A DNA stretch of 64,000 nt from an uncultured Nitrospiraceae bacterium (GTDB lineage Bacteria > Nitrospirota > Thermodesulfovibrionia > Thermodesulfovibrionales > Dissulfurispiraceae). The notes below the pieces were generated by a model. That model ran no database searches. It was given only the letters and a program-made list of their open reading frames with translations, and was not told where the DNA came from. Positions 8,703-18,113 of the stretch are shown here, piece by piece; within the stretch, counting starts at the first letter, position 1, and the number at the start of each line of letters is the position of its first letter. Made by a program: the position numbers and the translations under genes. The DNA is taken from assembly GCA_963727805.1 (NCBI GenBank), contig CAVSHF010000003.1, positions 224,001 to 288,000 on the forward strand. The letters are read 5' to 3'.

Positions 8703-9767
8703 ATGCCCGAACAGTTTGAAGAAAAAACCGAACAAGCAACGCCACGACGGCGTGAAAAGGCGCGGGAAAAAGGTGATGTTCCCAAAAGCAGGGAACTCAC
8801 TTCGCTCTTTCCGGTCTGGACCATCTTCCTCTATTTGCTCTTCGGCGGGGCACTCTTTTCGTCGCTTCTGAACTACCTCAGGAGTTCACTTCATCGGGGT
8901 GTTACGATGCAGTTCACGGAAACGACAGTGATGGATATCTTCCGGGCTGACACCATACAGATAGGCATGGTTATGATGCCGCTGTTTATATTAATCCTTC
9001 TTGGTGTCCTGATTGTCCATTTTCTGCAGACGGGGTTTTTTCTCAGTACTGTGCCCCTGAGCCCTGATCTTTCGAAGCTTAATCCTCTGCAGGGGATCAA
9101 GCGGATATTTAGTATCAATACGATTTATGAAACCGTCAAGGGTCTTTTTAAAGTGACCATCCTCGGTACAATACTTTATCTGATATTGAAAAAAGAAGTC
9201 TTTAATATTCCGCTTCTCGTTGACATGGACATCGTCAACGTCGGTAATTTTTCATTTGCACAGATAAAGAAGCTTGTGATGATCTCGGCACTCGTCCTGA
9301 CCGTTTTTGCCGCTATCGATTTCGCTTTTCAGCGCTGGCAATACTCGCGTAATTTGAGGATGACCAAGCAAGAGATCAGAGAAGAGCAGAAAGAAGTGGA
9401 AGGCTCGCCGATGATAAAGGCGCGCATAAGGAGTATTCAAAGAGAGATGGCACGCCGGAGGATGATGCAGGAAGTCCCACGGGCCGATGTGGTAATCACC
9501 AACCCGACACATTTTGCGGTCGCTCTCAGATATGATCTCAAAAAGAAGGCAGCACCACAGGTTGTTGCGAAAGGGGCCAATCTCATAGCAGGAAAGATAA
9601 AGGAAATTGCCAAACAGAGCGGCGTGCCGGTCGTCGAAGACAAGCCGCTTGCGCGGGCGCTCTATACTCTTGATGTCAATCAGGAGATACCGGAGGCTTT
9701 CTATAAAGCGGTGGCGGCGATACTCGCCCATGTGTATAAGATGAAGGGGAAGGGAATTACGGGATAA
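8703..9767 (+). CDS. flhB: Flagellar export protein FlhB
   Basis: EKTEQATPRR and the NPTH autocleavage motif. Confidence 0.97.
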   Translation: MPEQFEEKTEQATPRRREKAREKGDVPKSRELTSLFPVWTIFLYLLFGGALFSSLLNYLRSSLHRGVTMQFTETTVMDIFRADTIQIGMVMMPLFILILLGVLIVHFLQTGFFLSTVPLSPDLSKLNPLQGIKRIFSINTIYETVKGLFKVTILGTILYLILKKEVFNIPLLVDMDIVNVGNFSFAQIKKLVMISALVLTVFAAIDFAFQRWQYSRNLRMTKQEIREEQKEVEGSPMIKARIRSIQREMARRRMMQEVPRADVVITNPTHFAVALRYDLKKKAAPQVVAKGANLIAGKIKEIAKQSGVPVVEDKPLARALYTLDVNQEIPEAFYKAVAAILAHVYKMKGKGITG

Positions 9768-9770
9768 GCC

Positions 9771-11822
9771 ATGCTCGAAAACTTGCAGAAAAAAAGCGAT
9801 CTGTTACTGGCTGCGGGAATCATGATCATACTCGGTCTGATGATCATTCCGATTCCGCCCATGCTACTCGACATTTCCCTCTCGTTCAGCATAACCTTTG
9901 CAATTGTGGTCATTCTCGTCACATCGTATATATCGAGACCCCTCGACTTTTCGGTCTTCCCGTCAGTGCTCCTTATCGCGACCTTGCTCAGGCTTTCGTT
10001 GAATATAGCCTCTACGAGGCTAATACTCACTCACGGCGATACTGGCACCCAGGCTGCGGGTAAGGTGATCCAGTCCTTTGGAGAGTTCGTGATCGGGGGA
10101 AATTTTGTCGTTGGGTTCGTCGTTTTCATGATTCTGGTTCTTATCAATTTTGTAGTCATTACGAAGGGGTCCGGCAGAATCGCAGAGGTATCAGCACGGT
10201 TTACTCTCGATGCGATGCCAGGCAAACAAATGAGCATCGATGCCGATTTAAACGCCGGTCTCATCGACGAAACAGAAGCCAGAAGGCGCAGGCAGGACAT
10301 CAGCAGGGAAGCAGATTTCTACGGTGCCATGGATGGAGCGAGCAAGTTCATACGTGGAGACGCGATCGCAGGTATCATTATCATGATCATCAATATTATC
10401 GGTGGATTTCTTATCGGTGTTCTCCAGAAGGGCATGCCCGTATCAGATGCGGTGCAGACGTATACAATCCTGACGGTTGGAGAGGGCCTTGTGGCCCAGA
10501 TACCCGCGCTCATTACCTCGACGGCGGCAGGTATCGTGGTATCGAGGGCTGCGACAGAAGCCAATCTCGGCGCTGAATTTGCGAAGCAGCTATTGGGAAA
10601 TCCAAGGGCCCTCGCCTCTGCGGCAGGAGTTCTTGGCGTTCTCGGTCTAATACCGGGACTGCCGCATGTTCCGTTCCTGATGATCGCGGCAATCACGGGA
10701 ACTGGTGCCTATTTCGTCAATCAAAGCATAAGAAAGGAAGAGGAGGCTGCGGCACCGGCACAGGTACAAGCGGTCAAGCCAGTCGAGGACCTCGAAGCCT
10801 TGCTTCCGCTGGATCCGTTTACCCTCGAGATCGGGTATGGTCTTATCCCGCTCGTCGAAGCTGGCGCTCCACTGTTGGCAAGGATCAAGGCAATCAGGAA
10901 GCAGATGGTTTCGGATATGGGGTTTATTGTCCCTCCCGTCCATATCAAGGACAATCTTTCGCTGAAACCGACGGCCTATTCAATTCTTATCAAAGGGGTT
11001 GAGGTCGCATCGGGAGAGGTAATTCTGAAAAAATATCTTGCTATCTCGCCGGGTACGGAGAAGGAGAAGATCGAAGGCATTCCCGCGAAAGACCCCGCCT
11101 TCGGCCTCGCGGCGAGCTGGATAGATGAAAAGGATGTCGAAAGAGCGCAACTCTCCGGGTATACCGTCGTGGATGTCCCGTCGGTTATTACAACCCATTT
11201 GACCGAAGTGATAAAGAACTATTCCCATGAACTGCTCGGCAAGCAGGACGTCCAGAAACTGCTCGATGCCCTTACAAAAACGCATCCAAAAGTAGTTGAA
11301 GACCTTATCCCCGCTCTGCTGAACCTGGGCGTCGTTCAAAGAGTCCTCCAGAACCTCATGAAAGAGCGGATATCGATTCGAGACCTACAGACGATACTTG
11401 AAACGCTTTCGGATTATGCCTCAATGACAAAGGATGCGGACCTGCTCACCGAGTATGTCAGACAGTCGCTGGCAAGGAGTATCACCAAGCAGATTCAGAA
11501 CCCTGACGGTTCAGTGTCCGTAATCGTCATCGACCCCCAGGCAGAGCGTACCATGGTCGAGGCAGTACAGACGGGTCCGCAGGGCACCCAGTATTTTAAC
11601 TTGGACCCCTTGATGACAGAAAAAATCGTCGCGAGCATGAAAGAGAATTTCGAAAGTGGCCTGATAAAGGGTTACCAGCCCGTAGTGCTCTGCTCGCCCG
11701 CCACAAGGAGGTTCGTCAAGAAGATGGCTGAAAGGATCTCAACCGCACTCATTGTGGTCTCACATTCAGAGATTGCACCCAATACAAAGGTTTATTCAAT
11801 AGGAACGATAAAGATTGATTAA
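9771..11822 (+). CDS. flhA: Flagellar export protein FlhA
   Basis: RIAEVSARFTLDAMPGKQMSIDADL, FYGAMDGASKF. Confidence 0.98.
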   Translation: MLENLQKKSDLLLAAGIMIILGLMIIPIPPMLLDISLSFSITFAIVVILVTSYISRPLDFSVFPSVLLIATLLRLSLNIASTRLILTHGDTGTQAAGKVIQSFGEFVIGGNFVVGFVVFMILVLINFVVITKGSGRIAEVSARFTLDAMPGKQMSIDADLNAGLIDETEARRRRQDISREADFYGAMDGASKFIRGDAIAGIIIMIINIIGGFLIGVLQKGMPVSDAVQTYTILTVGEGLVAQIPALITSTAAGIVVSRAATEANLGAEFAKQLLGNPRALASAAGVLGVLGLIPGLPHVPFLMIAAITGTGAYFVNQSIRKEEEAAAPAQVQAVKPVEDLEALLPLDPFTLEIGYGLIPLVEAGAPLLARIKAIRKQMVSDMGFIVPPVHIKDNLSLKPTAYSILIKGVEVASGEVILKKYLAISPGTEKEKIEGIPAKDPAFGLAASWIDEKDVERAQLSGYTVVDVPSVITTHLTEVIKNYSHELLGKQDVQKLLDALTKTHPKVVEDLIPALLNLGVVQRVLQNLMKERISIRDLQTILETLSDYASMTKDADLLTEYVRQSLARSITKQIQNPDGSVSVIVIDPQAERTMVEAVQTGPQGTQYFNLDPLMTEKIVASMKENFESGLIKGYQPVVLCSPATRRFVKKMAERISTALIVVSHSEIAPNTKVYSIGTIKID

Positions 11823-11848
11823 GGAAATGAGTTGCAGGAGGACAAGGG

Positions 11849-12904
11849 ATGAAGATTAAAAAGTTCGTCGGTAAAAACTTTAAAGAAGCCCTCGAAATGG
11901 TCAAGAAGGAACTCGGCGCCGATGCGATCATCCTTTCGAGCAGAACCATGAAAACGGGCCCACTTGGCCTGCTGAAAAAAGAGACGGTGGAAGTGACAGC
12001 TGCTCTTGACGAAACAGCTGTTGAAGAGGCGTTTCGTCAAGAAACAGCATTGGATGGATCCTTCACTTTGAGTGAGGACATTTTACGCGAAATACGCAGT
12101 CTGAGGGATGAAATCAGTTTTCTTAAGGAGACACTGAGACCTGTTGTCCCGACACTAAGAATCGGTAAGGACAAAAAAGGCCTTTATAATATGCTGATCA
12201 AGCAAGGGGTTGATTCACAGTTCGCCATGGTGCTCCTCGAAAAGTCGGGTGAGACCGTCGGGAGCCTTATGAGTGCAATAAAGCAGGAGGTCAAGGTGAG
12301 GAGGCTCATCCCTTCGGAAGAGCGGGGCTACATGTTTTTCGGACCGCCTGGCATCGGGAAGACGACAACGATGTCCAAAGTCGCTCACATGCTTTCATCG
12401 CATAGGCGGCAGGTCAGTCTGGTATCGCTTGATTCTCAGAGAATTGGTTCTATTGCCTACCTGAAAGAACTCTCGCGTCAGTTGAAGTGTGATCTGAAGC
12501 TTGTTAAAAGCGTGAATGAACTTCCGAAGATCATCTATAAAGAATCTGAAAGGGGGGCAGTTCTCGTTGATACCCCGGGGAGTGAATACGGTCAAATACT
12601 TAGACAGACAAAGGAAGTCTTTTCCTCAGGATTCCCCCTGAACAAATGTTTTCTGATGGATGCTTCCATGGATATAGTATCGACGATGAAACTTTGGCAG
12701 CAGGCCGTTCCTTATGCCATAGATACTATTGGCTTCACGCGACTCGACCTTGCGACGCAATACGGCAATCTCTACAATTTGTCGACGTTGACGGGACGTC
12801 CGTTATCATTCGTGACCGATGGCCCCGATGTCCCTGAAGATATAAGGGTCCCGACGCCCGATTACATCGCTGGCCTCATCACGGGAGGCATCTGTGAAAA
12901 CTAA
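11849..12904 (+). CDS. flhF: SRP-family GTPase FlhF
   Basis: N-terminal MKIKKF..ELGADAIILS; P-loop GPPGIGKTTT, DTPG, TRLD, G.DVPEDI. Confidence 0.9.
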   Translation: MKIKKFVGKNFKEALEMVKKELGADAIILSSRTMKTGPLGLLKKETVEVTAALDETAVEEAFRQETALDGSFTLSEDILREIRSLRDEISFLKETLRPVVPTLRIGKDKKGLYNMLIKQGVDSQFAMVLLEKSGETVGSLMSAIKQEVKVRRLIPSEERGYMFFGPPGIGKTTTMSKVAHMLSSHRRQVSLVSLDSQRIGSIAYLKELSRQLKCDLKLVKSVNELPKIIYKESERGAVLVDTPGSEYGQILRQTKEVFSSGFPLNKCFLMDASMDIVSTMKLWQQAVPYAIDTIGFTRLDLATQYGNLYNLSTLTGRPLSFVTDGPDVPEDIRVPTPDYIAGLITGGICEN

Positions 12905-13703
12905 CGGGCCAAGGATTATAGCGGTTTCGAGTGGTAAAGGTGGGGTAGGAAAGACGAACTTCGTGGCCAACCTGGCTCTGTACTTTGCGGGTATGAACAA
13001 AAAAGTGCTCATCATGGACGCCGATCTCGGATTGAGTAACATAGATGTACTTCTGGGAATAACACCGCGATATAATCTCAAACATGTGCTCAACGGGTCG
13101 AAGAGCATGAAGGAGATCATCGCCGAGGGACCTATGGGCATACAGATCATCCCTGCTAGTTCCGGGGTCAGGCAACTTACTAGGCTTACCGATACCCAGA
13201 GGCTGAAACTGCTCTCGGAACTTGACCAATTTGAAATCCCGGTGGACATCTTTCTTATCGACACGGGGGCTGGGATATCTGATAATGTACTTTTCTTCTG
13301 CAGCTCTGCCCAGGAAACGATAGTAGTAGTGACGCCCGAGCCTACTTCGATTGCCGACGCCTACGCCCTGATCAAGGTGCTCTCCCGTGATTTTGGGGAC
13401 AAATATTTCAGGATTCTGGTTAATACGGCGAGAAGTGACAAAGAGGCCTTCGAGACCTTCAGAAAGATTGCCCTTGTAACCGACAGATTTTTGTCGCTTT
13501 CGTTAGATTACTTGGGATATCTGCCATATGAACCGACCGTCAAGGACGCAATTATCGCCCAAAAAGGATATATTTCTATGTATCCCAACAGCAACTTTGC
13601 GAAGAAACTAGCTACCGTGGCGAACAAGGTACTCGATGACCCTGTCGGAGAGGTGAAAGGAGGCATTCAATTCTTTTTGAAGCAGGCGTTGCGGGTTGGC
13701 TGA
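12894..13703 (+). CDS. flhG: MinD-like ATPase FlhG/FleN
   Basis: SGKGGVGKT, DADLGLSN, DTGAGIS, TPEPTSIADAYALIK. Confidence 0.95.
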   Translation: MKTNGPRIIAVSSGKGGVGKTNFVANLALYFAGMNKKVLIMDADLGLSNIDVLLGITPRYNLKHVLNGSKSMKEIIAEGPMGIQIIPASSGVRQLTRLTDTQRLKLLSELDQFEIPVDIFLIDTGAGISDNVLFFCSSAQETIVVVTPEPTSIADAYALIKVLSRDFGDKYFRILVNTARSDKEAFETFRKIALVTDRFLSLSLDYLGYLPYEPTVKDAIIAQKGYISMYPNSNFAKKLATVANKVLDDPVGEVKGGIQFFLKQALRVG

Positions 13704-13776
13704 TAGTACTGATGGGTTTTCTAGTAGAATAGAAGAAGTAAAAAATGGTATCTAACTTTAACCGGAGGCGAATGCT

Positions 13777-14529
13777 TTGCCCATGGTAGACTCATATACA
13801 GCAGCGGGACTGCCGGGACCGCCCGACCAACGAGAAGAGATAGTTCGCCAATTTTTGCCAAGGGTAAAATATTATGCGCATAAATACGCCTTTGGGTTGC
13901 CGCCTGAACTGGAGGTCGAGGATCTTGTGTCCGCCGGAATCGTCGGTCTTCTCGAAGCCGTCAACAGGTTCAATCCAGCCATGAACACTACGCTAAGCAC
14001 CTTTGCCGATTTCAGGATCAGGGGTGCTATTATCGATGAGATACGCTCCATGCAGTGGGCCTCGAAAGATGTTAAGAAAAAGATCGAGGAGGTCAGGCAT
14101 ACGTATGAAGAAATCGAAAAGAATTTGCACCGAAGCGCTACTGATGAGGAAGTTGCTGAAAAGCTTAAGATTAGCATAGTTGAACTCCATAAAATATTAG
14201 CAACTGTTAACACTGTAAGGATGGTACGTCTCGAAGATCTAGGCTTAAATCGAGATGGCGAGACGCTTGACATTCTTGAATGCATTTCAGCCGAAGGTAA
14301 AAAAGACGTGCTCGACGAGCTTGGCATGAGGGAACTTCAGACGACCCTTGGAAAGGTGATTGATGAACTCCCTGAGAAGGAACGCCTGGTTCTGACACTT
14401 TACTATTACGAAGAACTCAATATGAAAGAAATAGGGCGCGTTCTTAATGTCAGCGAATCGAGGGTATGCCAACTCCATGGCAAGGCACTCCTTAAGCTCA
14501 GGAAAAAAATGGATGAATTTAAGGACTGA
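13777..14529 (+). CDS. fliA: RNA polymerase sigma-28 factor FliA
   Basis: EDLVSAGIVGL, RIRGAIIDEIR, LYYYEELNMKEIG.VLNVSESRVCQLH; TTG start 8 nt after GGAGG. Confidence 0.95.
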   Translation: MPMVDSYTAAGLPGPPDQREEIVRQFLPRVKYYAHKYAFGLPPELEVEDLVSAGIVGLLEAVNRFNPAMNTTLSTFADFRIRGAIIDEIRSMQWASKDVKKKIEEVRHTYEEIEKNLHRSATDEEVAEKLKISIVELHKILATVNTVRMVRLEDLGLNRDGETLDILECISAEGKKDVLDELGMRELQTTLGKVIDELPEKERLVLTLYYYEELNMKEIGRVLNVSESRVCQLHGKALLKLRKKMDEFKD

Positions 14530-14617
14530 ATTCTTGTAATATACGTAGTCTATATTCCGTGTTGTTTTTTAAATGATAATTTGCCATCAGATCTGTACGC
14601 GATGAGGGGGGAGATGA

Positions 14618-16465
14618 ATGATCAGGAACATTAAAAAGGTCATAGAAAAACTCAGCGCGGGGGATCCATCTGTACGCAGAAAGGCAGCTGAGGACCTCGC
14701 CGAGGGCGATGAAAGAGGAATCTACCCGCTGATAAAAGCATTGAGTGATGAAAATACAGGGGTTCAGGATGCGGCGATGAGGTCGCTAATTGCTTTTGGA
14801 GGCGAGATCGTAGCATATATGGTGCTCCCTCTGCTGCGCGAAAGTTCTTACCTGAGAAATACCGGCCTGATTATTTTGAAACAGCTGGGAGCTGTATCGG
14901 TATCTTTACTTTATCCGCTTCTCAAGGACAAAGATCATGATATCAGAAAATTCGCCATTGATCTTCTCAGCGAGATACAGACTGATGTCGACGCATCACA
15001 AATCATCCGGTCTCTTGAAGATGAGAATGCTAACGTAAGGGCCGCGGCGGCAAAGGCCCTTGGGGACCTTGGCTATCGTAATGCGATATCGCAGCTCATG
15101 GAATGCCTCAACGATGAAGAATGGGTCTGCTTTTATGCACTTCAATCTCTGGGAGACCTGAAGGCACTAGAGGCGGCATCTGCCATCGCGGCGCTCCTTT
15201 TAAGCCCTTCCGAAGTCGTCCGTTTTTCTGCCATCGAAACAATGGGCCGACTGGGTTCTCCGGCGGCATTACCTGCTCTGATGTCCTATCTGCCGAAAGC
15301 CTCCGATGACGAGGAGCTTGTGGTTGTTAAGAGCGTCATACAGATCGGGGCGACCCCGGATATGACTGAACTAACAGAACATATCGTCAATTTATTTCTC
15401 AAAGGCGACTGGGAAGACAAAGGGATCGCTCTTGAGGGGTTTAGCGCGCTTAAATGCAGAGAGGCTATCGCTCTGCTAGTAGAGACGGCGGGGCACCTCG
15501 ATCCCTTTAACCCTGACAGCGATGAGAAAACTGCCCTTCTTAAACGGGCTATTCTTACTATAGACGGCGAGGATGAGTTGCTCAAGATGCTCGACTCCCC
15601 CGATCTGAAATACCGCGGCAAATCTTTTGTGATCAATATCCTTGGCGAAATGAAAAGCAAAAAGGCGGCAGGCAGGCTTTCAGGGTATCTGAAAGATGTC
15701 AGCAGGGATTTGAGGCGGGTATCGGCGGAAGCTCTCGGAGAGATCGGTGAAGCCTCTGCTGTCGAGGAACTGATGGAAGCTTCCCAGTCGGATGCGGACG
15801 CCCATGTCAGGCGCTCGGCAATCGAGGCCCTCGGAACTATTGGCTCCAAAGAAGCCTATAAAGTCTTGAAAGGGCTGCTGGAGGTCGAAAGATATCCTGA
15901 CTTGCTCGAAAAGATAGTCGAGTCCCTGATGAAGATAGATCGGGAGGCGTTGCTGGCTGACATTGCCGGATATAACAGCACCATACGGCAGATTATTGCC
16001 CGTTCGGCAAGCGATCTTAAAACGCTGTTCATCCTTACTGAAGATAGTGATTCCCGGGTGAAGATTTCGGCAATAAACGGACTCGGCCGTATCGGCTCGC
16101 CCGAGGCGATTGATCAAATCATCGCCTTCCTCAGCCATGATGATCCTGAAATCAGAAAAGCCTCGGTTGTATCGCTTGGTGATGTGCATAGATGCTCGGA
16201 TGAGTTGTTTCAGGCCCTTGGTGATACCGATCCCCGGGTTCGCTTTTATGCGGTGAAGTCGGTGGCATCTGCGTGCGATGCGGAAGCAGCTATCGGTAAA
16301 ATATCGGGAATGTTGAACGACACCTATATCCCGGTAATCATGGCGTCCATCGACGCGATTCGGGATATAGGGGGCAGGGAGGCTTTTGAGGTGCTGTCCG
16401 CCCACGAAGAGCATCAGAATGTCGATGTTCGGGCAAAGATAAGGGAGGTGCTCGACGCTCTATGA
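14618..16465 (+). CDS. HEAT-repeat protein of the chemotaxis operon
   Basis: Repeated L.D....VR..A..ALG.IG units along 615 aa; its stop overlaps the cheR start. Confidence 0.9.
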   Translation: MIRNIKKVIEKLSAGDPSVRRKAAEDLAEGDERGIYPLIKALSDENTGVQDAAMRSLIAFGGEIVAYMVLPLLRESSYLRNTGLIILKQLGAVSVSLLYPLLKDKDHDIRKFAIDLLSEIQTDVDASQIIRSLEDENANVRAAAAKALGDLGYRNAISQLMECLNDEEWVCFYALQSLGDLKALEAASAIAALLLSPSEVVRFSAIETMGRLGSPAALPALMSYLPKASDDEELVVVKSVIQIGATPDMTELTEHIVNLFLKGDWEDKGIALEGFSALKCREAIALLVETAGHLDPFNPDSDEKTALLKRAILTIDGEDELLKMLDSPDLKYRGKSFVINILGEMKSKKAAGRLSGYLKDVSRDLRRVSAEALGEIGEASAVEELMEASQSDADAHVRRSAIEALGTIGSKEAYKVLKGLLEVERYPDLLEKIVESLMKIDREALLADIAGYNSTIRQIIARSASDLKTLFILTEDSDSRVKISAINGLGRIGSPEAIDQIIAFLSHDDPEIRKASVVSLGDVHRCSDELFQALGDTDPRVRFYAVKSVASACDAEAAIGKISGMLNDTYIPVIMASIDAIRDIGGREAFEVLSAHEEHQNVDVRAKIREVLDAL

Positions 16466-17295
16466 CTCCTCTTATTCTAACTGACGAAATCTTCCGGCAT
16501 ATTAGGGATTTTATTTATGAAAAAAGCGGTATTTTTATCCCTGACAACAAGAAATATTTTATTGAGAATCGGCTGGGCAAAAAAATTCAGGAAAAAAATC
16601 TTAAGGGTTATGAGGATTATCTCTATATTCTGAAATTTGGCGGTGACAGGAATGAGCTGACCACTCTCTTCGATCTTGTCACTACGAATGAAACATTTTT
16701 TTTCAGGGAACCTCAGCAATTCGACGTTTTCAGCGGAGACCTTATGGCGCGAATTATTACTGAGAACACCAAGGCAGGCCGGAAGGATATTCGCGTGTGG
16801 TCAGCGGCCAGTTCTACGGGAGAGGAACCCTATACTATCGGCATGGTGCTCCTCGAAAAAAGCGAAACTGTCGGGATGAGAAAAGAGATCTATGCTTCGG
16901 ATATCAGTGAATCTGTATTGAGTTCGGCGAGAGCCGCCGTTTATGGATCTTATGCAATCAGGAATATTCCCGAAAACTATATGAAAAAATATTTTACGAA
17001 TACCAACCAGCAGTATCAGCTTGCTGCCTCTGTCAAGTCCCTGGTTAAGCTTATGAAGGTCAATCTTATTGATGATAAAGACAGCAAAGCGATTAGAGGG
17101 ATGGATGTTGTATTCTGCAGGAATGTGCTGATCTATTTTGATGAAAAAGCCAAGCAGAAGGCGGTCTCGCAGCTTTATGACTCGTTGCGGCCAAATGGCT
17201 ATCTGTTCGTTGGAACGTCGGAAAGTCTTCATAATATAACGAGAGCTTTTAAGCCGACGGTTATCAATAAGGTTATCGTTTATCAAAAAATGTAA
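16462..17295 (+). CDS. cheR: Chemotaxis methyltransferase CheR
   Basis: TTNETFFFRE, WSAASSTGEEPYT, FCRNVLIYF. Confidence 0.97.
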   Translation: MTPLILTDEIFRHIRDFIYEKSGIFIPDNKKYFIENRLGKKIQEKNLKGYEDYLYILKFGGDRNELTTLFDLVTTNETFFFREPQQFDVFSGDLMARIITENTKAGRKDIRVWSAASSTGEEPYTIGMVLLEKSETVGMRKEIYASDISESVLSSARAAVYGSYAIRNIPENYMKKYFTNTNQQYQLAASVKSLVKLMKVNLIDDKDSKAIRGMDVVFCRNVLIYFDEKAKQKAVSQLYDSLRPNGYLFVGTSESLHNITRAFKPTVINKVIVYQKM

Positions 17296-17327
17296 AGATA
17301 CATAAGTATTGATTGAGGAGCCAAGGT

Positions 17328-17705
17328 ATGAAAATTCTCGTGGTTGATGACGACAAAACGACTCGGAAGTTGCTGAATCTTTTTCTAAAGGCAAAAGGAT
17401 ATGAAGTCGTGACCGCCGAAAATGGGCTTGATGCGATGGAAAAATTGGGGACGGAGAGTATCAATCTTGTCGTCACCGATATGAACATGCCCTATATGGA
17501 CGGGATTGAACTTACGAAAAACCTTAGAAATGATGAAAACTGGAAGAATATTCCGATTGTCATGGTGACGACCGAAGCGGATGAAGATGAGCGGAGAAAG
17601 GCTATGGATGCCGGGGTGGATGATTATCTGGTCAAGCCTGCTAATGCGGAACAGATAACCGACAGTATAAAAAGAATATTGAAAAAGCTCTTCAAGGGAG
17701 CGTGA
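17328..17705 (+). CDS. Single-domain response regulator (CheY-like)
   Basis: ILVVDDD, TDMNMP.MDG, DYLVKP. Confidence 0.9.
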   Translation: MKILVVDDDKTTRKLLNLFLKAKGYEVVTAENGLDAMEKLGTESINLVVTDMNMPYMDGIELTKNLRNDENWKNIPIVMVTTEADEDERRKAMDAGVDDYLVKPANAEQITDSIKRILKKLFKGA

Positions 17706-17707
17706 TG

Positions 17708-18112
17708 ATGTTTAATTTAAAGATCAAAGTTCTTGTAGTAGACGATTTCCCGACGATGAGAAGGATTGTGAAGAATCTTCTCAAGCAACTCGGTTTCGAA
17801 AACATTGACGAAGCCGAAGATGGAGCTCAGGCACTCGGCAAGCTTAAAGCAGGCGGCTATGGCTTGGTCGTATCGGACTGGAATATGCCGGTGATGGAAG
17901 GCATCGACCTGCTCAAGCATGTGCGGGAGGATGAAGCGCTTAAGACGATGCCTTTTCTTATGGTTACAGCGGAGGCTGAAAAGGACAAAGTGATAACGGC
18001 AATCAAGGCAGGTGTGGACAATTATGTAGTCAAACCTTTTACTGCCGAGGTTTTGAAAGAAAAGCTTGAAAAAATTGCAGATAAAAGACCATCTTTGAAA
18101 GCCGGGGGATAA
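17708..18112 (+). CDS. cheY: Chemotaxis response regulator CheY
   Basis: [35 protein letters not shown]. Confidence 0.95.
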   Translation: MFNLKIKVLVVDDFPTMRRIVKNLLKQLGFENIDEAEDGAQALGKLKAGGYGLVVSDWNMPVMEGIDLLKHVREDEALKTMPFLMVTAEAEKDKVITAIKAGVDNYVVKPFTAEVLKEKLEKIADKRPSLKAGG

Positions 18113-18113
18113 T

